Positions 53,837 through 64,000 of a DNA stretch of 64,000 nt are shown piece after piece. Location of the stretch: NCBI RefSeq assembly GCF_009914755.1, contig NC_060936.1. One strand, written 5' to 3'. This DNA comes from the human T2T-CHM13v2.0 reference genome, Homo sapiens. The notes under the pieces are model-generated. The model worked only from the letters and a program-made list of their open reading frames with translations, was not told the origin of the DNA and ran no database searches. Within the stretch, counting starts at the first letter, position 1, and the number at the start of each line of letters is the position of its first letter. Both the position numbers and the translations under genes were made by a program.

Positions 53837-56800
53837 ATATACAGCTTTTATTACTTTGAGGTAAGTCCTTTCTATGCCTATTTTGTTGAGAATTTTTTAT
53901 TTTTAATCATAAAGCAATGCTGGATTTTATCAAATGCTTTTTCTGTGTCCATTTTTGTTCATAATTCTGTTTATGTGATGTATCACATTTATTGACTTGC
54001 TTGTGTTAAACCATTCCTGCATCCCTGAGATGAAACCTACTTGATCATGATGTATCATCTTTTTGATGTGTGCTGCTGGATTCAGTTAGCTAGTATTTTG
54101 CTGAGGATTTTTGCATCTATGTTCATCAGGGATATTGGCCTATAGTTTTCTTTATTTGTTATATCCTTTCCTGGTTTTGGTATTAGGGTGATACTGGCTT
54201 CATAGAATGATTTAGGGAGGATACCTTCTTTTTCTGTCTTTTGGAATAGTTTCAGTAGGATTGGTACCAGTTCTTCTTTGAGTGTCTTGTAGAATTCAGA
54301 TGTGAATCCATCTGATCCTGGACTTTTTTGTTGTTGGCAATTTTCAAATTATTGATTCTATCTTGCTGTTTGATATTGGTCAGTTCAGGGTTTCTATTTC
54401 TCCCCAATTTCATCTAGGAAGGTTGTATGTTTCCAGGATTTATCCATTTCCTCTGGATTTTCTAGTTGATGTGTGTAAAAGTGTTTTTAGTACCCTTGAA
54501 TGATCTTTTGTATTTCTGTGGTGTCAATTGCAATCTTTCCAGTTTTATTTCTAATCGAGCTTATTTGGATTTTCTCTCTTCCTTTCTTGACTAGTCTTGC
54601 TAATGGTCTATCAATTTTGTTGGTCTTTTCAAAGAACCAGCTTTTTGTTTTATTCATCTTTTGTATCTTTTTTTGGTTTGTTTTAATTTCATTTAGTTTT
54701 GTTCTGATCTTTGTTCTTTCTTCTGCTATGTTTGGGTTTAGTTTGTTTTTGTTTCTCTAGTTCCTTGAGATGTGACATTAGGTTGTCAATTTGTGCTCTT
54801 TCAGACTCTTTGATGTAGGTATTTAACACTATGAACTTCCCTCTTAGCACTGCTTTTGCCGTATCTCAGAGGTTTTGATAAGTTGTATCAGTATTATTCA
54901 TTTCAAATAATTTTTAAACTTCCATCTTGATTTCATTGTTGACCCAAAAATCATTCAAGAGCAGATTATTTAATTTCAATGTATTTTTATAATTTTGAGG
55001 GTTCGTTTTGGAGTTGACTCTCAGTTTTATTCCACTGTTGTGTCTGAGAAGATACTCGATATGATTTTGGTATTCTTAAATTTATTGAGACTTGTTTTGT
55101 GGCCTATCACATGGTCTATCTTGGAGAGTGTTCCATGTGCTGACAAGAAGCACATGAGAATGTATATTCTGCAGTTGTTGGGAAGAGTGTTCTGTAAATA
55201 TCTGTTAAGTCCATTTGTTCTAGGGTATAGTTTAAGTCCATTGTTTCTTTGTTGACTGTCTTGACCTGTCTAGCGCTGTCAGTGGAGTACTGAAGTCCCC
55301 CACTATTATTGTGTTGCAGTCTATCTCATTTCTTAAGTCTAGTAGTAATTGTTTTGTAAATCTGGGAGCTCCAGTGTTAGGTGCATATATATTTAGGATT
55401 GTGATATTTTCCTGTTGGACTAATCCTTTTATCATGATATAATGTCCTTCTTGATCTTTTTTGACTCTTGTTTTCTGAAAGTCTGTTTTGTCTGATTCAA
55501 GAATAGCTATTCCTGCTTGCTTTTGGCTTCCCTTTATGTGGAATATCTTTTTCCACCCTTTACCTTAAGTTTATGTGAGTCCTTATGTGTTAGGTGAGTC
55601 TCTTGAAAATAGCAGATACTTGGTTGGTGGATTTTTTTTTTTTTTTAACCATTCTGCCATTCTGTATCTTTTAAGTGGAGCATTCAGGCCATTTATATTC
55701 AATGTTAGTATTGAGATATGAGGTACTATTCTATTCATCATGCTAGTTGTTGCCTTAATACCTTGTGTTTTTCACTGTGTTATTGTTTCATGTGAGATTT
55801 ATGCTTTAAGGAGGTTCTATTTTGGTGCATATCAAGCTTTTGTTTCAAGATTTAGAATTCCTTTTAGTATTTCTTATAGTGCTGGTTTGGTAGTGGCAAA
55901 TTCCCTCAGCATTTGTTTGTCTAAAAATGACTAGCTTTCCTTCATTTCTGAAGCTTAGTTTTGATGAATACAAAATTCATGGCTGACAATTATTTTGCTT
56001 AAGGAGGCTAAAGATAGGACTCCAATCCCTTCTGGCTGGTAAGGTTTCTGCTGAGAAATCTGTTAGTTTGATAGGATTTTCTTTATAGGCTACCTGATGC
56101 TTTTGTCTCACAACTCTTAAAATTCTTTCTTTCATGTTGACTTTAGATAGCCTGATGACTATGTGCCTTGGTGATGATCTGTTTGCAATGAATTTCCCAG
56201 GTGTTTTTGAGCTTCTCATATTTGGGTATCTAGCAAGGCCAGGGGAAGTTTTCTTCAATTATTTCCCCAAATAAGTTTTCTGAACTTTTAGACTTCTCTT
56301 CTGCCTCCAGAACAGCAGCTATTTTTAGTTTTGGCCATCGTACAGAATCCCATATTCTTGGAGACTTTGTTCATTTCTTTTGATTCTCTCTTCATTATCT
56401 TTGTCTGTCTGGGTTAATTAGAAAGCCTTGTCTTTGAGTTCTGAAATTCTTTCTTCTACTTGTTCTAGTCTATTGTTGAAACTTTCCACTGCATTTTGTA
56501 TTTTCCTAAGTGTATCTTTCATTTTCAGAAGTCCTGATTGGTTTTTCTTTATGATAGCTGTCTGTCTGGAAAATTGTTCATTCGTATCCTGAACTCTTTT
56601 TCCATTCTTTATGTTGGTTTTCACCTTTCTCTGGTATCTCCTTGAGTAGCTTAATAATCAACCTTCTGAATTCCTTATCTGGTATTTAAAGATTTCATCT
56701 TGGTTTGCATCAGTTGCTGGGAAGCTAGTGTGATCTTTTAGGGGTGTTATAGAACTCTGTTTTGTCATATTACCAGAATTACTTTTCTGGTTCCTTCTTA

Positions 56801-56857
56801 TTTGGGTAGACTATTTCTTCAAATTGTTCTTGAATTTAATTTTGATTTGACTATGTG

Positions 56858-56859
<2 letters not shown>

Positions 56860-56891
<32 letters not shown>

Positions 56892-57019
56892 ATGGAGTCT
56901 CACCCTGTTGCTCAGGCTGGAGTGCAATAGCGTGATCTCAGCTCACTGCAACATCCATTTGAGGCTGACCTCAGCCTCCCAAATGCTGGGATTACAGGTG
57001 TGAGCCACCACACCTGGCT
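56860..57019 (-). mobile_element. Internally deleted Alu with (GT)n tail
   Basis: Right-arm end joined to left-arm start through a 13-nt inverted insert; (GT)n at 56860-56887. Confidence 0.85.
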
Positions 57020-57257
57020 GACTGTGGTTTTCTTTTTTTTTTTAATTTCTTTTTTTCCCTCTGAAGGATATGACTTTAATGTTTATAGTTTATTATAGCC
57101 TAATTTGATTCTTGATGCTTATAGAGGTGAAGACTCTCTCTGTATGAGTTCTTTAGTCATAGAGAGTCTTTGTGCTCTGGCTATTCCAGGTGCTAGTTAT
57201 AGTAGTTATGTGCTTGGTGTGTGGGCAAGTTTACTATCTCCTATGGGGTTGGAATAA

Positions 57258-57595
<338 letters not shown>

Positions 57596-60341
57596 CATTG
57601 TGTACACTTCTTTTATTTATTTAATTTTCCTCCACTATTTTATTTTGTGAGTTGATGATTTAGGCTTCAGGCAAGGGGGAGAGATATCCCTGGGTAGGCA
57701 CTGGTTGTAGCTAAAGCAGGTGGGTAGATGTAATACCTAACGGTGGGAAGAAGTTCCAGTCTTGATGAAGTTGGCTAGGGTAGTTCTCAATTTGATGTGC
57801 TGAGGTTTAATCAGAGTGACGGGTGGGAGCTACCTCATCTCCCCTGCCAGGCCAGCAGGAAAGCTATCCACTTTCCAGCCTCACTCCTGTCCCAGTGTTT
57901 CAGCTATTCAGATCAGACAAGCACCTCTTTTCATCTGTAGAAATGTTTATGTTCCAAGTAGACAGGAGTTGTGACTGCCTTTCATGCAAACCTGAATCTG
58001 GGGAGTGCTCCTCCTGTGGAGATGCTGTCACCTGAATTGTTCTAGGAACGCCATCTATAGGTGCATACATGCCGCATTCCTGTGGGAGAAGCCCCAGCTG
58101 TGTCTGCAGTAGTGTACTGAAGGGGACAAGGACCCCTTCTCCAAGACCCTTCATGATCACAGAGGCTGCCTCCCTGTTGTGGTAGAAGTGTAGACTTTCC
58201 CTGCTGTGCCCAGCACTGCAATTGTGTCTCTGCTGTAAGAAACTCCTCACTAGCAGAAAGATCTGGGACTCAAGGTCTGCTGTTCAGATTTTTTTTGTCC
58301 CACGGGGTGTTCCCTTGATGTGGTGCTCTCCCTCTTCCCCTAGGAATGGGACTTTATGAGAGCCAGACTACAGCGTTGTTATTGTTCTTCTAGGTCTAGC
58401 CACCCAGTGGGGCTACTGACTCTGGGCTAGTGTCTGCAAGTGATCCAGTGATGTGACCTGACTTCAGGTCTCCCAGCAGTGGATACCAGCACAAGCCCTG
58501 ATGGTGGTGACAGGGGAGTGACACAGACTCTGCGAGATTCCTTGGGTATAGATAGGCTTAATGTGCTGGCTTTCTTGTATGCTGGTTATAATTTTAGTGA
58601 ACTTGTTACATGGACAGGCTTAGGCCCTCGGGTAATAGCTGAGGTCACACAGTTGATTTCTCCTTACTGGGTGCAATGTTATTCTACTTAGAGGTGCCAT
58701 AATGGACTGTGTCAGTTGGCTCCAGCCAAGAGGTGGCACTTGCAGAAGAGCACCAGCCACAGTAGTAGCAGTGGGATTTGAGCTTGCCCTAAGTTTTCTT
58801 GGGGAAGTATTCTGATTTCTCATGCAATGAGCAGGGCTATAAAGCTCCCCAAAGTTTATGTCCTTTGTGTTAAGCTACCAGGGCATGTGGAGGGGCACAA
58901 CCAGGTGGGGGCAGGGTCAGACGGATATGAGGGTCTAAAGCTCTGACTCTCCTTCAGAAGGGCCCTTCCTGTGAGGGTTTGCGGGGTGATTTCAGGCTGC
59001 AGGGATAATGTTCCAGAGGGGAATAGAACTGCCTCTGCTGCACAGAAGAGTTTGCAAAGGGAGTGGGGAGTAGCCAGTGACAGTAAGCCTCACCCAGCTC
59101 CCACACAGTTGGTGAGGCCAATCTAACTCCCACAGTGCTCCACTAACAGCAGCAGGTTTAGATTCAGGCAGTCTGCACACAGAGCTGAGACCTGCCCCAG
59201 GCCATCAGCTTCCCCACAGAGATAGCAACCTCAGCTTTCAGGCTACGCTCCTTCCTGCCTGCCCACAAGGCCAGTGCCCAGCTCCTGTGTTCACTTGTGT
59301 CTGCAGTGCACTTCCTGCTCCCTGCCTTTTCCCCCTGCCACTGTTCTGGTCAAAGGAGTTCTTCCCCACTTGAGATCATACCACAAAATTTAGTTGGGAG
59401 CTTCTTCACCCTGTGACCCCTCCCTGAGCTTGTTGGCTGACTTCTCCAATGGCCCCTATAAGATATAGTTAGGAATGTCTTCCTTTGGTTCATGCTGGAA
59501 ACTGGGAATGCCTGCAAGTCACTTTCTGCTGCTGCTTCCATTTTTATAGTTCATGTTGCTCTCTAAATCCATTCCAGTTCAGGTAGGGTTAAGGCCTTCT
59601 CTCATGGTCTGGATTTTCAGATTCCTTGGTAGGGATGTGTACTCTGGAGGCTGACTCTCTCCCTCTCACACTCAGGACTTACAGTTTTTCACCAGTCTCA
59701 TGGAGTAGGCTGCAGCCTGCCACTTTTTTCAAAGAATCTGTGGTTTCTTTAGGTTTTTCTGTTAAGTTCCTGCATTGGTTCTTGGGGGAAAAAAATCACA
59801 GTGTGAAACTCTACACACTATTCTGTCCTTCCAGGTGGGAGAGGCATGCTAATACTGCCTCTAGTCTGCCACCTTGGAAAAAAAAATCCATTTTGGATTA
59901 AAAAAACTTTTTAAAGGAAAGAGAATGAAAGTTACTAAATCCTAGAAAAGAAAGAACTTGAAAAAGAGGAAGAGGAAAGAAGGAAACACTAGAAATCCTA
60001 CATATCTGAGAAGTACAAACTAAATGATGAGAAACTAGATGAGAAAATTGGGGCATTCCCTTGATTCAGTGAGGAATAGCCATGACCACCAAGGTGAGAC
60101 CATCAGCTATCATATTTGCAGTTGTTTTCTGTGTCAGTTCAGCCCTATAGTTATAAAAAATATTTGAGTGATTTGGGGGTGAACTGAGTCAATAGAAAGC
60201 TATCCTTTTAGTCTGACTGTTGCTTTACATCCAAGTCCCTGTCAGCTATTTAGGGTAGCATGAGAATCCCAGGCCTTAAAATTCAAGTTTCAGCTAGTTT
60301 GCCTCCACAAGGCTTGGGAGACAAACCAAAGCCTTTGGGGA

Positions 60342-60365
60342 GTGTGTGTGTGTGTGTGTGTGTGT
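60342..60365. repeat. (GT)n microsatellite
   Basis: Directly visible. Confidence 0.92.
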
Positions 60366-61917
60366 ATGTGTCTCTGTGTGTAACAGTACACGTTTTACAA
60401 TATTTCTCTGTGATGATTTGGGTGAAAATCTCATGCATATTTGCCAATAGTTGTGGTCCCATCACTCCTTGTTGGATATGAAGCATCATTACATGATCTT
60501 GTTCACAGCCTTTGGTGGGTCAGATTATGAAATCATAACTCTTCAAAGAAAATCTTTGAGGGCAGGATGTAAAGTCCACTGGAAATCACTAGGAAATATG
60601 AGGAGCTCTGAGTTCTGTTCTTAATTTTTCCAAAGCCTCGCCCTATGACTAGAGCAAGAGATTTCAGTGTTTGCTGGTGAGCAATCTATCAGTTTGGACA
60701 CTTAAAAATTTCTGTGGAGTAAAAAGAAGTGGTCACATTTACGCACGTCACCACCAGTAGCAAAGTAGGTCCTGAGTTCTGTGGCAACTTCTTCCTGACC
60801 TAAACCCCATTTGAGGACATCTGGGAACCCAGGTACCCTAATTTCTTTCATTCATTTAGCAGCATTACTGGATTTCAGTCCCCATGGGAGCTTCAGGAAT
60901 GGCTGGGAATAGCCATTTTCTCCACTTCAAGCAGTGAAGAAAATGTGCTCCTTGCTATAGGCAGGAACAGCAGAAGTCTTAAACGGTTTTAGATCTCAGT
61001 TCTCAGCACATGTTTACTTCACAGAGCAGTGTTTACTTCACAGCAGGCGATCAAGTAATGTTAAAGTTGAAAGAGGATCTGACTCTCAGGGTGCACAAAG
61101 ATTTGACAATTTTCTTTAGACATCATTAGATTCTCTCTAGTGTATATGCTTTTTTTAAAAAAATAAAAACAAAAAACAATCCTGGAATTCTTAGAATCCC
61201 AGAATTCTGGGAAACAAACAGGAAATTGTCAGGTTGGAGTGATTCTGCTTCATGGCTCTCCATAGATAATTTAAAAGTGAATGGCTCTGTGATTGGTCAA
61301 GCCACAGATGAGTTCCTTAGAGACCAGTGGGGAATGCATATTTAAGGCATGATGGTGATCAGGACTGTTCTAAAGTGAGTTATGGTGCTAAACACTGTAC
61401 CACAAGCACACATGATGGAAGTCTATCTTTGAGCTTAGAGTTAGTCCACCCTCCCTTCATATGGTGAGCTCTAAACTGGTTTGCAGTGAAGAAAACATTC
61501 TTAATAAAGAACCCCACATGAGGAAGGGATGCCTACGGTGCCCTCAGAGAAGCCTGCTGTGACTCCAAAGGCTGTTAACATGCCTGGTTTCACCCTCTTG
61601 GAGACCACGTCCTTTTCTCCAGAGCACAGATCTTGCTGTGCATGGAAACAATTACCCATGTCTTCCTAGGCTTCATCAGTGCAGGGATTGGGTGTATTTT
61701 TATTCACTACTGAGTCCCTAGCACCTAGTATAATGTCTGGCACAAAGTCAACACTAAGCACATAAATGAACCAGAGCTTCCATGAATGAACTTGCGCTAT
61801 CGTTCTAGATGTAAGAGTCATAGTATCAAGGGGTCACTCAGAATACCTGCTGCTATTAGCTCTGTTGAGTTGCAATTCTGCTCACTCCTTCCACTATTAA
61901 AAGAAAACTAAAGGAAG

Positions 61918-62078
61918 TATATGTATTTATGTATGTGTGTGTACACACATTTGTATTATATATACATATATGTATATGAGGCATATATACACACATTCAT
62001 ATATTCATACATTCATATTCATATTCGTTCATATATGTGTGCATACATCTACATACATACCTATATATGTGTATATAT
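61918..62078. repeat. Low-complexity TA/CATAT repeat
   Basis: Degenerate (TA)n and (CATATT)n. Confidence 0.85.
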
Positions 62079-62365
62079 GGCAAAGTCATAAAAGCAAACA
62101 GCAAATTGAGACAAATACATGCAGTAAATATGAAAATATATAATATCCTTATTGTATGTTGGGGAATATCAGCTATGTAAAATGGAAAGAGAAAGAAAAT
62201 TTGCCATTTCAAAGTTAGTAGTAGCCTCTTTGTATATAATATGGCTGCACGTTGGGATTATCTTGGAAGATTTAAAACATTCTGATGCCTGGATCTGACT
62301 GGAAGGTTCTGATTTAATTGTCATGGGGCATGGCCTGGACACTGAGTTTTCAAGATCTCTCCAGG

Positions 62366-62753
62366 TGTATTAGTCTGCTCAGGCTGCCATAACAAAATGC
62401 CACTGTGTGGATTAAACAACAGAAACTTATTTTCTCACAGTTCTGGAGGATAAAAGTCTAAGACCAAGGTGCTGGCAGGGTTGCTTTCTGGTGAGGCCTC
62501 TTTTTCTTAGCTTGCAGGTGGCTGTCTCTGTGTTGTGTCCTCACATGGTCTTTCTTCTGTGTGTATGGAGAGAGAGTTCTGGTGTCTCTTCCACTTCTCA
62601 TAAGGACTCTAGTTCTCTTGGATCAGGGCTCCTCCCTTATGACCTCATTTAACCTTAATTACCTCTTTAAAGACATTGTTTCCAAATGCAGTCACACTGG
62701 GTGTTAGGGCTTCAACATATGAATTTTGGGAGGACACAGTTCAGTCCATAACA
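62366..62753 (-). mobile_element. MLT1A/B MaLR LTR adjoining a MER5A-like element (62220-62365)
   Basis: tgtattagtctgctcaggctgccataacaaaa ... acacagttcagtccataaca. Confidence 0.9.
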
Positions 62754-64000
62754 CCAATGTAGAGCTAAGGCAGCAAAGCATTGGTCTAGGGGCAGACAGC
62801 AAATCATTTTGAGGAGATTCTGTTACTTCTGTGAGAAACCACTCTGAATCTATGGCAACTTGTTATCTCTTGCCCTAGAAGTGCCCCAAGGAAGGAGGAC
62901 CTTTCCTTGTGATTTGACAGAAGATCACTGTGGAGAGGGAATGAGGGTCCTTTCATGAGGAATGGGATCAAGATTTCGACCCCTACTTTTTTGATAGACA
63001 ACCTTCTAGTGGATTGAGATGATCTCAATGAAGGTCACCAGAAAGAAAAGATCCTAAAGGATCCCAAGAAGAATTTTTTGTGAGAGAAGAGGGAGTCTGG
63101 TAATCTGGGCCCAATGTGAGGCCATGTTTATAGCAGCAATCATAAAAACAGTGGCTTATTGCCCCAGGACTCTTTTACCTGAAGTAATTTTGTTGGTCTC
63201 GCTCAAAGTGTTTGGCTTCAAAGTAGGTGACATTCAGTGATGGATAGTCCCACCAGGGTGTCATGGGTGGGAGAACATTGGTTCTCTAACGGAAAGATGA
63301 ATAGTAGTTTGGCAACAAACGGTAGATGTGCATCCTTCTTCCAGCTCAGGTATGAACTCGTTGAGGGCAATGACTGTGCTTGGCTGCACAGTTTCAACAT
63401 TCTTTGAAGATATGGAGGTAATTAATGATCAGTTCACTGCACTCTTCTCAGCTGAGGCTTGGCCTTAGACACTTAGTTTCCCTGCCTCCAGATTATTTTC
63501 TTGGACTTGTGAGCGATAAGTCATTGGAATGGAAGAAAGTCTTTATACACAAGTACCTTCTATGTTCTGAAAGAGAAAGGTAAGAGGTGCCTCAGCCTTG
63601 GTGTTAAGCCTGTGAGACCCTTTGAGCCATGGGGGCAGAGGCTGCTGGCACTCGCCCTGGAAGACAATTTAATCCAGGTCTCAGCCATCCTTGAAGTTTT
63701 TTGCATGGTCTTAGTGAGTCTGTGTGAGCATCACTTCAGATGTGGTGAGAAGCTTACATGGAAACTATTACATCAAAACATTTCATTTAGTTGGGGGACT
63801 GTTTGGAAAAATCCTATTTTTTTTTTGAAGGAACAAAGAGAAGTTGATGAAAAGATTTGAGGTTATAATGACCAAAGTCTCCACTGCCTTCCTTCCCTCC
63901 CCTCCCCTTCTTCCAAAATGAGAGAAAAGAAATAAAGCTGGAGAAATATCTTGAATGTAATAAGTCTGGCAGGCCAGGCTTTTAGTGAGGATATCGTGTC

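Noticed and set aside
52713-56624. L1 ORF1/ORF2 peptides as an active retrotransposon or host genes
   Set aside because: Fragmented by stops, frameshifts, deletions and a MER1B insertion

Overview
Human/primate genomic DNA, rich in interspersed repeats (about 21 Alu/FLAM pieces, L1, L2, MIR, CR1/L3, ERV LTRs, DNA transposons). The only credible protein-coding sequence is the last coding exon (2015-2802, +) of a gene I recognise as TBC1D30. It is followed by a long 3'UTR with several poly(A) signals, out to about 8.05 kb. A small GC-rich patch with a G-quadruplex motif and a strong splice donor at about 10.9 kb looks like the 5' end of a + strand lncRNA; from recall of the locus this may be LINC02389/FLJ41278, which I have not verified. 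The rest is non-coding, including an old 7.5 kb L1 (52.3-59.9 kb, -). I found no new protein-coding system. The most unusual signals are several apparent template-switch or templated-repair scars: a perfect 40-bp inverted repeat with nested palindromes (18835-18931), two local copy-paste duplications about 1.3 kb from their donors (7903/9175 and 10056/11362), and a snap-back insertion in a deleted Alu (56956). Also notable are a 104-nt hairpin (45173), a tailless U2 retrocopy, a MER85, CTCF-like motifs and a well-formed antisense exon (32960-33021). Repeat subfamily names come from remembered consensus sequences, and their boundaries are approximate.
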